Below the pieces are notes generated by a model, which had not been told where the DNA came from, searched no databases, and saw nothing but the letters and a program-made list of their open reading frames with translations. This document shows, in pieces, positions 46,369 to 60,407 of a stretch of DNA of 64,000 nt. The translations under genes and the position numbers were made by a program. Source of the stretch: Sphaerodactylus townsendi (lineage: Eukaryota); NCBI RefSeq assembly GCF_021028975.2, contig NC_059434.1:67642001-67706000 (forward strand). The letters are read 5' to 3'. The number at the start of each line of letters is the position of its first letter. The first letter of the stretch is position 1.

Positions 46369-46850
46369 GAGGATTTTTAGGCTCACCCCTTTAGCCTTTT
46401 CGCATGTTGTTTAAGGCCATTTTGCACATGGGATAATCACATGCATATATATGTTTCTGCTGCATCTGCATATGTTGGGAGTGGGACGCTAAAAATACCA
46501 CACCTTTCCTTAACCTTACTCTGTAAAACAAAGTACATGTAGCAAGATACCTGCATAAGCGGCTGTGTCACAATGAACTACATATAGCTGTCTTGTATTT
46601 TCCTGCACAGACATGCTTTCTAGGTAAGAAAATCTTAACTAGCAATTAATTCCTTGTGCTAAAATTCCTGGGTATACAAGAGAGAGGGCAATCAGTGGTG
46701 TGTTCTTTGAAGGAAACATATCACATATACAGGGTAATTTATTATTGGTGAATGAAAAAATAATCCGCACACTCCCTTGTGTGTACAGTCAATTATATGG
46801 ATTAGAATTGCTGCATATAGGGAAAGAAAAGGCATAAGATACAAATACTC

Positions 46851-47395
46851 TTAAGAGATCAAGACTGATTGAAGAAAAGTTGTACAGCTGAGAAAAGACT
46901 TAAAGACAACAAAGGAGATCAAAAATTTGAAAAAAGGCACAGACATTGTATGAACAGAGTTGAAACTTCACAATCAGGCCATACTTCGCCTCAAATATCG
47001 GCTAAGGAACAAAGCATTAAGGATAAGGCTGATTCCAGAAGAACAGGATCCTTCGAAAGAGAATCTTGAAAAGAAAATTGCCTCAGCTCTCATTGATTTT
47101 TTGAAGATGGAAGAGGAAAAAATAGAGGGAAAATCGAAACAGTCTAGAGTCAATTCGAAGAATCCAAAGTCACAGGGACTTTGTAGAGATATTGTTGTCT
47201 TCTTTGCAAAAGAAACGGATGATCAAATTCTAATGGCCCACTGAAAATCACCATTTAAGATGGAAGTTTTGTAGTTTAAGTAGAGTGACTGGTTCACTGT
47301 TGTATAGTGTGTGTTTTTTGTTTAATGTGTATTGTAATGTAGTATTGTAATATAGTGGTTGTAGTTCTTATAAAATCAATAAAAATCATTTTTAA
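46851..47395 (+). mobile_element. L1 ORF1-like fragment joined directly to a 3' UTR/poly(A) signal (HAL1-like)
   Basis: RLRNKALRIRLIPEE...ENLEKKI...RDIVVFF; AATAAA ~47378; 15-bp imperfect TSD aagatacaaatactc / aagacagaaatactc. Confidence 0.65.
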
Positions 47396-48399
47396 AAGAC
47401 AGAAATACTCACCTGATGCTACCCGTTGAATTTTTGAAAGGCTGGTTGAAGGAGATTAAAAAGTTAACTAAATGCCATTAGATAGTTTTATATACCACCC
47501 CCTTCAGTCAGTTCTGCAACATAAGACACACTTGTACTGTGCATGAATTCATTAAAAAAGTTCACACTTGCTCAACTCATTCACCTACATGAGTTCAAAT
47601 GCACATGTGTTTATATACATATGAATCACAAGTGTGGGAGGAATTCTTTTCACTGTACCAACGACCAGATAGTTGGAAAGTTTTAATGAATTACCATTTT
47701 GAATGACCATTTTGTATTAACAACTTTATGTGTCTACTGTGAGTATTTTCACACTGAACAAGTACTGCTATGTTTCTGCAGTCAAGATCTAGACACAGTT
47801 AAGCAAACATTATCAATGAGTTCAATCAACAAAGTTTATGCACAGATCTGCAGCCTTTGCTGTGAACAAGTCGCATCAAACTTGGCAGGTTTTACTTTTG
47901 GAACAAACTTTGGAAACAAAATTCTTTTGCACCTCTTGTTAGACTTATGAACGCCCGGCCGAATCAGAAACATCTCTTATTTGGATTTCACCCAATTGGA
48001 CCAAGCCACTAGACGGCACAGAGGGAAGGAACTGATATTCAGGTCAGGAAAAGGCAAAGGAAGGAAAGACCAAAAAACAGAAAGGGCTGATGAAGAAGGC
48101 CAGGAAACTGAACGAAGCAAAAGCCTTTACACATGAGAGAGAGAGAAAATGAATCAAGGGGGTATTAAAAATGAGGGTACTCTGGATTCTGTTATACAAA
48201 TAACTAAAATCTTCATTTGCCAAATCCTAATTGAGGCTGTATTTAAGGAACTCCCAACTGTTTTGTTTTATCCATGGAAAGGGAATCAAGCAAGTTTGCT
48301 AAGGTGTGGGGGGGGGGGGGGCACAGCACTGCCCCCACCTTCTGCTCCTCCATCCCCCACGTGCCTCCTTACACCCCCCCTCCCCCCGCAACCAATCCT

Positions 48400-48850
48400 G
48401 CCCCCTCACCTGTCAGCCTGAGGAAGCCGCTGATGCTCTCTGGTATGGGCAGGCGCTTGAGGTAGGCGGGCAGTTGCACCTTGATAATGCGGGCTAAGCT
48501 GTCCAGCACCATGGCGCGGGCTTTGGCGGTCCTGCTGATGCGGGGCAGGGCAAGGAGAGGCAGGGAGGGGGCGCGGCTCGGCTACCTCCCGCTCTCGCGA
48601 TTCACTTGCATGCCCGGTTCGACTTTGCCCTCTTGCTTCCCCCTCGGAGAAGTGCCTTCTCCCGTTAGGGAGCATGCGCGCATCGTGGCGATGATGCCGA
48701 CGGACCGAGCCCGGAAAAAGGGCGAGAGGAAGAGGACAGTTTTTGGGATGGGCCTCCTATGTGCTCGTCACTTCGGGCGGCGGGGTGAGGCTTTCCACCC
48801 AGCTCATAGGACTTTTGGCAAAGGAAGCGGTCTTTGGTGCTCGGCTGTCC
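48400..48850 (-). promoter_or_regulatory. CISD2 CpG-island promoter (possibly bidirectional)
   Basis: CpG-rich around the start codon; TCTCGCGATT ~48593, GCATGCGCGCA (NRF1-like) 48672-48682, CCGGAA (ETS-like) ~48710. Confidence 0.75.
48410..48512 (-). CDS. CISD2: CISD2 exon 1 (MVLDSLARIIKVQLPAYLKRLPIPESISGFLRLT)
   Basis: GCCATGG Kozak context on -, CAG|GTGAGG donor, 103 nt, near-identical to the vertebrate CISD2 N-terminus. Confidence 0.97.
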
Positions 48851-51800
48851 CTTCTTTTTAAGCATCGTTTTGCATGATGCAAGCCTAAACGTCTTCTAAC
48901 GAAGACTTGTCTTTGTGATGGGCAGTTAGATTATGCCTGCCCAACTGTACTGTATTTCTTCCATACATACTCTTCTCCTCCTTCTTGCAGGGTTACTTCT
49001 CCCTCTCTCCCACAGATCTTCATCTTTAACCATACTGAATAACAGGAGTAATTTCTTCGCAGGACACTTATGCCCACAGGCAGTGGGATTTTTTTTCCTG
49101 TGCAGTGTTTAAGGGAAAAAAATCACATAGATTTAGGATGAGCTGTAAAGTAATGAACGTTCTTCCCAGCCCTGCTTACTGGCCACAGCTAGCACCTCTC
49201 CATAGAAAATTTCCTATCCTACTTTTTGCCTTTGAGGAAGAAACTGGGGAAGGCTTTGTGAAATGTTATTAGGATGCAGTCAGGTGTACTATGGTTCTTT
49301 TGGGTCCCCTCCATGTCTGTAACTCATATTTCCGAATAGCGAGGCAAAAGGGAACTGTACGTGCATGCAGGTGCAAGCATGTGGACATAAAATGGGTGCA
49401 AGCATGTGGACATAAAATGGCCTTTCTGTTTTTGGTTACCTTTCCCCTCTGATGGCCCACACATCATTGCACCATCATCACAATCCCATAACCAAGACAA
49501 CTTTGACACAGATTTTTGTCCATTTTGGCTTTCAAATCAGAATGCTTTTTATCCTGGAGCATCAATGCACCATGGTCTGTTCATTCTCTTCCTATCCTCA
49601 TTACACTGTTTCCCAATCTTACTTTGGTCTTTTTTTAAAGGAAGAATACAGTCCAAATGTCTGGTTGAGAAGGTGCACAATTTCAAAGGTCCCACCCACA
49701 CTGGCACCATTACCCTGCCAACAAAACTGCGCCCTCATCCTTTCCACTGTGGTGCCACGGCAACACTTTTTTTTATAGTTTTTAAAAACAAAATGACCAT
49801 AAAAGATACTTGTTAAAGTATTATAATACTATAGCAGTCACCAAATTTAAAACCAAATCTTTCTAAAAAGCTCTTCAGTGGCGTGGCAGGGATAAAAATG
49901 CAAGGGAAATGGTAGCTGAGTGGGGCAGCTTGAGAGGGAAAAGCTCCCACGAGAAGTCATGTTGCAAATGTGTATGCTTCTCATGGTGACTGCTCTGCAT
50001 GTGGAGATTCCTGGAGATTTGGGGACAGTTGCTGGGGAGGGACTTCCATTTCTCCTGGACTTTATGGTATACCATAGATTCTTCTCTCCCAAGCTTCTGT
50101 TTCCTCATGCAGAATCTCTGTGGCCTGGAAATCAGTTGTAATTCCAGGGGGTTGGAAGTTGGCATCCCTAATCTGCAGTGGTGATTAAAGGAATACAGAG
50201 AATCCTCACTGAGTGGAAGCCACAAGACAGAAGTGACTGTTTAATGTTGACTGTGTTTTGCAATTATACAGCCAGATCCACCGTGAGATTAAATTCCAAA
50301 TTCTCAAACTATTGTGGGCCTTTTTGTTTTCCTTTTTGTTTTTACAAAAATCTTGTTGTTGAACTAAAATGTCCAAATATTGTTTAACAACTTTAAATGT
50401 TCTGAACCAATTTCAGCTCATAACCCTGGAAGGTGTTATCATAAGGACTAAATCAGAACCCAGAGAAGCTCCCATTCACACCAAATGCCATTCTGCGCTC
50501 TCAGCTTCCCTGTGTTCCTCACCTCTTTTTGATTCTGCCTGTGATGGAAAGCACTTGAAATATGTCTCTGGAGCTTCTGAGCCTTGCTGAGCAGCCGTTC
50601 ATCTGACCTCCTTTCTGCACAGAAATAGACACATTGAACATGCTGAGCAGAATAAGAGGGTTTTTAATGTGTTTCCATTCACTACACAAAAGTCAATAAA
50701 TATTAGCAAAGTAGTTTTGGGTTATATTACACTAAAGGGCTTATTAGAGAAAAAAGGGAATTTTTATATTAAAATAGAAAGCGCACTGGACTGGGATTCT
50801 GAGGAGCAAGAGGTACATTCAGTGGAGGTACTTTTAATATTTTTATTGCCTGAGAAAGCACAGACAATAGCTCCTGCCTCTCTGCTTTACTACTGCCCCC
50901 TCAAACTGCCTTGCTGCTGCTATAGTGGTAGCTTGCTAACTTTCCTCACTATAACTGCTTTCGCTATCATCCCCTCCCACTTTGTGAGATAATCTCTTCA
51001 TGGTCATAGTCATCTTCAGGATTTTCTGCCCTTGTTGTATGAACAGATTTGGAGTGGAGCAGCCATAACACATGCTTTGCCTGAAGAAGATCTCAAGCTC
51101 CACTCTTGGCATGTCCAGTTATAATGATCCACATTGGAATACACACATACTAGGCTGAGGGTCAATTCACATGGTACAAAGTCCTCCTGGCTACAATGTG
51201 GGTTTTGTGTCAGATAAGGAATGGGAGTTTGGTGCCTCCCAGAAACATGCAGGCCAATTTTGATCACAATCTTGGTACATAGCAAGAAGGAACTTCAGCC
51301 GCCCTGCCCTGTATCATCTTTGTCCGAAAACTACCCTGCTGAGTCGCAATTTGATCCATTGCAGAAATTACATAACTCACACAATTGAGTAAATAGGTGC
51401 TCTGTGATGGGGTGCTAAAACAGCATGGGTGGGGGGAGCTGAAGTCCCTTCTCCAAGTGCACTGTAGTGTCAGAATCAGCCCTGTTGACATCTGGCAGAC
51501 CCAAAATGTGCATTGCACATCTCATAAAAAGTTCTCATGGCAGCCTTGAGGTCATTTTAAAGAGTGAGTTGGGAGTGGGCCAACTGTTTGTCACAGTTTC
51601 ATATCTAGAGAGAGGCTGCAAAAATAAGAGAGATTTTCACAATCACCTCATTCTTTTCAAACCCTCCCAAAGTTAGGGCACAGGATCTTACGATCTGAAT
51701 GTAGGACAAAGCATATCTATAAACTACTTCACCATGATTTCTTGAAATTGAACACTGTGCTGTGACAGTGAGCTTTTGTGCAGCTTCAAGGTTCCTAGTC

Positions 51801-53896
51801 AAAATTTATCCCTAAATAATATTTAAATGTCTAAAAGCACATAACTAGCAAGTAGTGTTTGAAAATAATATTAAGTTCCAGGAGCAGACTCCTGCTATCC
51901 AATTCAGGGTTTTTTTTCTTTTCATTCCTGAAATCTAGAACTTTACTAAATATTTGTATTAGGTATGCTAAGAACATAAGCATTGGATCAGATAAAAAAT
52001 TCTCTCCAATCCAGTATCCTGTCTCTGATAACGACGGGCCACAGCCTCCTCAGGTATAACCAGTGTTATTGACACAGCATCTTCCATTTATCTGGACCTG
52101 CCTTTTTACATCCAGCTGGAAGTGGGACAAACTAGTTGCTTTTTCTTTAGAATCTTCACAAAATACTAATCAAAGACTGCCAGCAGGTGGTGTTGCTTAT
52201 AAGTATCTTAGTAACTTCCATATGCAATGAAGTGTATCATTGTTTCACTTTTCAACCTCACTGTGAAAGTTGTAATATTTCACTATGACAAGTTGTAATA
52301 TTACTTTAAGGCAGTGGTACTTTGCGGTTCGTAGAAAGCCGAATTCATATTTACCATTAACCAAAAGTGCCACACGGGGCGTACTGCCCAGGGGGACATA
52401 TGGGGTCAAATGTCCCCAGACTGCGGCCATTTAGTCATATGCGGGGGGGGGGGGGCAGAAAATCACCCCCCACAGTCCTCCTCCTCCCCACCCCAGGTCC
52501 ATACACTTACTTCAAAACCTGGTGGAAAAAAAGTTGTTTGGTTGTGGTGGGGGAAGGTGGGCACCCATAAAGGGGAGGGGGGCAGAAAACTAAGATTTTT
52601 AACCTGGCTACATTTTTCCTAGATATGCCTCTGGAGCCACACAACTACTGTAAGCCATGTGCACTCTCCCAAGACACACATGCAATGATGTAAGATGTAA
52701 CTATCAATGTTAAACATATAAAGATAACTTATTTAATTAACAGAGTACCTTTGAGCATATAGGGTTTTATTTATTTATTTATTTATTTATTTATTAAACT
52801 TCTATGCCGCCCTCCCCCAGGGGGCCCAGGGCAGTGAACAACAATAAATAACAATAAAACATATAAAATAAGTATTATGAAACAGCAGCAATTCAGATGG
52901 TTGTAGATGGTGGTTCAAGCATAACCCCACAGATGGTGGCTTCATCTTCCCCACAACTGTTTAAGCTGAGCTAGCTCTTGTCCATCTGGAATGACTGGAA
53001 GGGTCCCTTCTCTGTCTTCCTGCTCTCTCCTCAGAATGAGGAACAGCAGGTCTAGTGACAGTTTGAGATGGCCAAGCACCATCATACCACTCTGGTCAAC
53101 TTGATCTTTTCCTCAGTTGTTGCTGTGGTGGTGGTTTTATTCTCCCATCTCTGTAGCCAGCTTTCTTTATTCCTGAAAAACACTTGGGTGCTTGGGATGA
53201 GAATGTGGAGTCATGGATGTGCCCTTTATATCTGTCCCTGGTCCACAGTTCTCAGCTTACCTATCCTCCAGTCTTTGTACTGTTCCAAGGAGGCAACAGC
53301 AAGACCTACAGGACAAATTAACTTCCTGGAATACAGGGCATGTGCCAATTCGAGAAATGGTGTACAAACGAGTCTCATAGCATGTTAGAGCCCATGTGGC
53401 TCCCAAGCCTAAGAATATAATAGTCATCAACTATAGAATAACATAATTATCAACCAATAGCAAAGTAGGCCAGATCTGAGATACCTAAATCCAGAGACTG
53501 GGGTGGTGACCTGGCATGACATCTTTCTACAAACCTGAACAGCACCCCAGGTTTGCAGAAAAATCTGAACTCATATTGGAGGTTAATAAATCCCAAAATA
53601 ATAAACAGAGCATCTGTAGCTTTAAGCAAGAGATTCCTTTAGCGGCATTACTAAGTGACCATATGTTCCAGGCCTAGTTCTGTCAGTGAAAGACAGATGG
53701 AGAGGGCAGGACCCTTTCCAGGCCCATTTTAGACTCTGAAGGAGGATCCATTCAAGCAAGGGGACCCAGCTCCAGGTTAGGAAATTCCTGGAGATAGTGT
53801 AGTAGAATCTGAAGGTCAGGTTTGGAGAGGGGACAGACTTCACCAGAATATAATCCCATAAAGCCCTTCGGGGATCGGGCAGTATATAAATTGAAG

Positions 53897-53899
53897 AAA

Positions 53900-53947
<48 letters not shown>

Positions 53948-53949
53948 AA
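53897..53949. repeat. (AAAT)n microsatellite / retroposon tail
   Basis: Direct observation. Confidence 0.9.
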
Positions 53950-56900
53950 AGTCCACCCTCCGGAGAAGCCATTTTCTCTATGGGGGCAGATCTGTGATGT
54001 CTGGGATTCAGTTGTAATTCTGGGAGATGTCTAGAGGGTGGCAAATCTAGGCCTGACGGCAACTTCTGGATGACTTGATACAATCTAATGTGCATTATTC
54101 ATCTGGGCCTGGCTGGTTGCCACTGTTCAAGCAACTGCCTCATGAAAGCCAGTGTGACATAGTAGTTAGAGCTTCAAAGTCAGGTCTGAGCGACTCATGT
54201 TTGAATTCCCATTTTGCTGTGGAGGCTCACTAGGTTATTTTGGACCAGTAACATATTTTCATCTTAACCTGCCTCACAAGGATGTTGTGTGCATAAAAAG
54301 GAGCAGGGGGGATAATGTAAGTTGCTTGGTCCTCACTATGGAGAAAGGTGGGGCAAAATGAAATAAATACATAATAAATATAGCTGAAGATGACAGCCAG
54401 ATAAAAAAGCTGGGTAATGAATGGCTGAGTAGAGAATGAGGCAGAGGAAGGGGAAAGGATATGGCAAATGCCAGGGAAAAGGAACAAGAAAATAGTGTGG
54501 GGAGTGGGATAGAGGGGAAAGTGAGGTTCTACCCTACAAGTTCTTGTTGGTTCCCTGCCATGAAAGTGGCCTGACCCAGTGGCTGGCACCATAAAATTGG
54601 CCAACAGTTTTCCTAGATGGAGGCTAGTGGGGGAGGGGGGGGATAAAGCTTAAGACAGAGAGTGAGATAGCGGTAGGTTGGGTGTTGAATGGGAAGAAGA
54701 TAACATCATCAATTATAGGTTTGGGGTGCATCTTGGGAAAAGTGGGGTTTGGGGACAGAGGGGACCTCAGAGAGGTATAATACCATAGGCTCCACTCTCC
54801 AAAGCGATTTCCTTATGCGAGCTACAGTTGCTAGCCTCCAGGTGGGGGGCGGGGCTGGGGATCACAAGGAACTACCACTAATCTCCAGGTGACTGAGATC
54901 AGTTCCCTTGGAGAAAATGGTTGCTTTGGAGGGTGGACTATATTATAACCTGCTGAGTTTGCTTCCCTCACCAAACCTCATCTCCCAGAGCTCCTCTCTG
55001 AAATCTCCAGGAATTTCCCAAAATGGAGATAGCAACCCTAAAGAGAGAAGAAAACAGGGAGAGGGGAGAGTCTATGTGAGCTTCCAAGAAAGGGGAAAAT
55101 GAAATAATAGGGGAGGGGAAATGAGATGTTTCCCGCAAGTCCTTGTGAATTTCCACTTATAAGCCTATAATGCAGTAACATTTGAGGGTAAAAAGTTAAC
55201 AAGAACAGAAACAGCTGCTTTATTCCTTTTAAAAAATTATATCTGTTTTTAATTGGCTTATAGATTGGTTTATTGGTGTATTTACACTGGTGTCTACATG
55301 ACTGGAACAAATCTGTTGTATGGAAGAAACTTGGACAAGAAAGATGGGCATGACAAAAGCAAACTTACAGGGAGGCAGTCACAGAGGTCACAGTGGAAAA
55401 CAAGACATGTGGATTTTTGTTTAATACCCAATTATATTAGTAACTGAAATAAAAGGTGTTATAAAAAGTAAAACAACAACAATGGTAATTTGATTGTAGT
55501 ATTAGATCTGAGAGCCAGTGAAGTGTAGTTATGAGCAATGGACTCTAATCTGGCCAACTGGGTTTGATTCCTCACTTGTAAATATGAAGCCTGCTGAATG
55601 GGCCAGTCACAGTTGTCTCAGAACTCTCTCAGCTCCCTCAGAGGCAGGCAATGGGAAACAACCTCTCTTGCCTTGACAGCCCTATAGGGTCGCCATAAGT
55701 CACCTGACTTGATGGTACTTTCCACTACCATTAGATCTGACTACATCAACAGATTTTGAAATTTAAATCTGAATGCATCCTACACAGAGAGCAAAAATCA
55801 GGCACATTGTCCTTTTGGAAGATATATTTGGTTGCTTAATTTAAAATTATTTCTGCTCCCTTAGTACTGTCATTACCCCTTTTGACCCTCCCATTATTCA
55901 CAAATAGCAGGTGCGTTCTACTTCTGCCCTTTATTGCTGTGGCTGAGCACAGAGCTAAATCAGGCACAATGGAAGACTGAGGAAACAGTGAAAAAGAATA
56001 GCTTTTTATCAGGTCAATCCACCAGGGGGATCATATGAATTTACTGAAGAAAGAAATCTAGCTACATTTCTAAGAGCAATACTCTAGAAAAATGTTGAGG
56101 GTTTTTTTTTTAAGTAGGGAGAAATAAATACGCAAAATGTTAGTATTTTCCAACTATACATCTGATGTATATTAATCACAAGACTGAAAGTATGAACTAT
56201 CAAATTATAAATTGTTGACACATTTTTGTAACATTTTTGAAAATTTTGTCCTAATTCGTAACATAGTTTATGAGATGAAGAACTGTACAGGGCTCACTCA
56301 CTGGCCATTCTTACAGGCTCTTGCACATTTTCCCCCATAACCTGTGGTATCCTGGGATTATTCCTTAGTGTTAACATCACAAGGTGTAATTGTTACACAA
56401 CTAGCTTTAGAGGCATGTGGCAGTCAAGGAGTTAAAGCAAATGACCACATTCCTGCAAGGTGACATCTCAAATCACATGAGGCCAATGGCTCATTTCTTA
56501 CATTTTCCTACATTCCAAGCAAAGCGGTATAGAAAAGTAACCTGCTTTATTTTTCCTCTTTGGAAATAGTTGGCTATACATGCGTATTCCATACAGAAAA
56601 ACAAGGACATAAAATCTGATATTTAAAATGGCAATTCTGAGAAAACAGAATTCTTTGCCAGGACACGGCATCAAAGCATCCCCATTTCCTAGGGAAAAGG
56701 TACACGCCAGAAGGCAAAGGTAATTCAAGTCTATCAAGGTGGATATTATTTCCAAAGGACTTCAGGCAATACAGATGTTACCTGGCTCAGAAAAAATTAA
56801 TTAAGGAGATTACCAGGAGCTGCTCAAGTGAATGGTCTTTTTATTGAACTTTACATTAATTATATCTAGCCCTGCACTTCCTGGGCCCTTAGACGCTGCT

Positions 56901-57199
56901 ATTTGTCATTATTTTTCCTTCACATAAAAGTCTATCTGGTGGAGATGCACTGTAATTCACATCTGAATGGGGTCTAATATTGGGTGAGACGTTTTGTTTT
57001 ACATGGTAATGTCAGCCATTAAAGGATCACAAGAATTCCATTTATTTTTTAAAAGAAATAAAGAAAGCCCCACTAAGACTTTTTATTATACACGTCCTCC
57101 AGGATGGCGATGAAAAGCAGGACCTCGAAAAGACCGGAATAACCCAGGGGAAAGAGAGACTGAGGGGAAGGCGTTCTCCTAGACCTAGGCGGAGGGATA

Positions 57200-58920
57200 C
57201 GTAGCGAGACTTCTTGTCGCGACGGCCATTTGGCGAATGCGCGATCCCGAAAGGAAAAGAGGGGCCGAATAAGGAGAACCGCTCGTGGCAGACCCATCCC
57301 TCCAACGGCAGCAGAGGCCCCTGCATTGTAAGTGTCACTCGATGGACATATAATGGTCCACGTTCCTGTGCGGGGGAGGGAAGTGAAGGAAATGTTTTTG
57401 ATTTTTTGCTTTGCTGCGATGGGGGGGGGGCGGAAATAGGTCGTGAACGCGCAACGTTTCATCCACTCGTGGCGGGCAAAAGCGACCTTTTTTTTCGCTC
57501 CGACGTCGTCGCGCTCCCGCTATCTCGCGAGACGTGCTCCGTGAATTTTCGTTTCCCTCTCTACGGACGACTGCTGCAGGGAAACAAACGGAACGAGGCG
57601 CGCATGCGCCGCTCCGACGGCTGTTTCCCTCTCTTCCTTTCCCTCCTCGAATCCGCGCGGTCCTCCTCCCTCCCGTCAGCGGTTAAGCGTGCTTCACTTC
57701 GTCCAATGGGAGGCGCCCGGGGGCGGGGATTCAGCGCGCTTCTTCATACTTCGGCCTGCCGTCATCCCCAGGAGGGAGGGCGGTGGCGGGTGATGACGGA
57801 GGGGAGGGGCGTGGCCTGTATTTAGCACCGCCCTTTTTTCTCTGGCCTCGCCATTGGCGGCGACGGCGGCTGCGCCCGAGCCTTTTTAAGCCGTTCGCTT
57901 ATATCCGTCTCTCTCGGCCAGGTAGCTGCGGAGCTTTTATTCGCCGTTCTCGGGGAAGACAGGCCGGAGCCGCTACGCCCTCCCCGCCGAAGGAAGAGGC
58001 GGCGACGCGGCTGGTGACGTCGCGGCTGGTGTTCGGTGCGGGCGGGCGCCCCCGGCTGTTTCCGGAGGAAGGAGAAGCGCAGGCGGCGAGCGAGCGGCCC
58101 CATCCCCCACCCGCAGGGAGGGAGTGCGGCAGCGGCGGCGGCGCAGAAAGGCCCGACGAGGAGGAGGAGGCGGCGGCGAAGGAGGAACAGGACGAACCCC
58201 CGGCCGCGGCGGCCACCACCACGACGACAACAGCAACTCGCCCTCGCAGCGGAAAGGATGGCGCTGAAACGCATCAACAAGGTGAGCGCGGCCTCGCCGG
58301 GGCGGGTCGGACTCGGCGGCGCTGTGCCCATATGTGGGGCGGGTTAGGAGCGGGGGGCGGGAGAGCCTTGGCCGGGCGGCGGCGGCGGCGGCGGGAGGCC
58401 AGCTGTCCCCCACCGCCCCTCTCCCAAACGCTGCGGGTGGATCGGGCACGCTGGGGGTCGAGCTGCCCCTGGGGAGGGGCCTGGCAACATCGGGCCTCAG
58501 GCCGTTGGATCCGTCCAGAAGGGGAGCAGTCGTTTTATGTCAGGCGTGGCGCCTCCCCCTTTCCTTGGGGGGCTCTTAATGCATTGTTGGCGACGGAAGA
58601 GGCGGGGGCGACGAAGAAGAGCGGAGACCCGGAGGGGGGGGAGTATATTGGAGAGCCCCCCCCTGCGGTCCGCCTGGGCTGTGTAAAAGGAGCCTCCCCC
58701 ACCCGTCGCTTTCTGCCTGGCAGCCGCGAACTTCTTTCCCGCATTGTAAGATGGCGGCGGGCTTGCCTAGTGGAGGCGCTTCCCCGGGATCTTTCTCTTT
58801 CTCTCTCGGCGGCAACGTCTGGCCGAGTGACGCGCGGTTGAGCCCACCTTCGCGGCCGCCCCGAGCGCAGCAGCCCGGCGGGTCGCGCCCTTCGCCCGCT
58901 TCTCCCCCGGATCCTCCCGA
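57200..58920 (+). promoter_or_regulatory. UBE2D3 CpG-island promoter
   Basis: Very high GC/CpG. TCTCGCGAGA (BANP-type) 57523-57532, GCGCATGCGC (NRF1) ~57600, CCAAT ~57703, GGGGCGGG GC box ~57720, AAGATGGCGGC (YY1) 58748-58758. Confidence 0.85.
58258..58281 (+). CDS. UBE2D3: UBE2D3 first coding exon (MALKRINK); the rest of the gene lies beyond the window
   Basis: AGGATGG start, AAG|GTGAGC donor. MALKRINK is UBE2D3-type (D1 = RIQK, D2 = RIHK). Head-to-head with CISD2 as in mammals. Confidence 0.93.
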
Positions 58921-60407
58921 ACCTTTTTTTTTTTTTTTGCCAATGCGGAATATGGTCTTGTTTGCAGCCTCCACTCTTGACAAGGGGCGGAAGTGTGTGA
59001 TGGTGGCTCTCTCTGGCTCTCTCTCTGGTGCATGGAGAATTTCGTTCTTGCACAATCTAGAAGGAGGGTGGAGTAAGCAGCTAATTCGACATGAGTGTCG
59101 TGGTGGGGAGGAAGTCGGCCTGGGTGCTTTGTGGAGAGGCTCGCTGGTGGTGGTGAGCAGAGGGTGCGGTTTAGCAACTTCGTCATGCTTCTAGTTTCGC
59201 TGGTGACGTCCCTGAAAGCCAAAGGGGTCGGTCACTGCAAGCACGGGGGTCTACCTCTGGACCCCTGGCAGAGTGGAAGTCATCCTTGGCCCTTTTTTTG
59301 GCAGGGAAAGGGGATTGGACCCCTCTGGTCCACAAAATTAGGAGTTCTTCGAGCCCTCTGACTAGTTAACAGAAAGGCACACACTGGTCACATGTACACA
59401 TCTGTTGGAAGTCCTGATGGCTGTTAGGTGAATCTGGCATATGTAGGATACACACTTCTGGTGTGTACAGACTGAATTAGTAAGAAACCGGACCTTAATA
59501 ACAGCTTCTGATGAACTTGCTTTTGAACTTGTTTCCCCTGCAGTAGAGAATAGCAACTCTGGAGGGAGTTACCTGGCTTTAATTAGTTTTGTCAACAACG
59601 TACAGGGGAAATGTTTAGTGGCCTGGTGCATAAATGTTTTATTGATATTAGCGAGTTCTCTAGAAATTCTTAGTCTTGGGATGTTGAGAACACTGTAAAT
59701 CCATCAAAATCAGATTTAGTTTGCTATATCTTTAGTCTGATTCAGAATATAATGTGTCATATGTCAGGTGGCTTTTGAAGTTCAGAATCGGTCAGTGAGA
59801 ACTTGCTGTTGAGACAAGATCTGTAGTGTGTAGTTTGGTGAGGGAGCTAAGAACTGTAGTTCTGGTACCTCTTGTAATTTACCCTTAACTAAGTCTGCTG
59901 ACTTAATCCTTACGGTATTTCAATCCTCGAGGTATTTCAATAACTTAACTTATGAATCAATAGGCAGATGTCCCATTTTAAGGTATGACAGGTTTCAATT
60001 TTTATTATTATAGTCATAACGTCATCTGTCATATGAGATAATTAGGTAGAATTACATGAAAAAGCAGGTAAATTTTTTTCAGTAAATCAAGATGTTGTAT
60101 AAGACAACAAGAAATCAAAATGCAAATTGGTTAGAGAATATTGTGAAGTGGAATGTCTATGCTGACCCCTACCAGCTTTCAGATAATAGATTACACATCA
60201 CACCCCATTTTAAATCCTTTCTTAAGATCTTTTTTCAGGCCTCTTGTTATCTTACATACCCCACTTGTTTGTAGCGACTCTGTAAATAAGTGCCACTTTT
60301 GAAACAGATGAAATACAACATAAATTCCATTTGGCATACTAGTATTGAAAATTGTGGGAAAATGAAGTCTTTATCAACTTGTAATTCTGTGGAAGTTATA
60401 AGTAAAC

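Noticed and set aside
49371-49420. 25-bp tandem duplication (similar short ones at ~37884-37922 and ~14947-14980) as a CRISPR-like array
   Set aside because: Two adjacent units with no spacers; ordinary slippage duplications in a eukaryote.
57214-59222. Many long overlapping ORFs (e.g. 57783-58841, 352 aa)
   Set aside because: Stop-poor GC-rich CpG island giving low-complexity Arg/Gly/Pro/Ala translations; only MALKRINK is a real coding exon.
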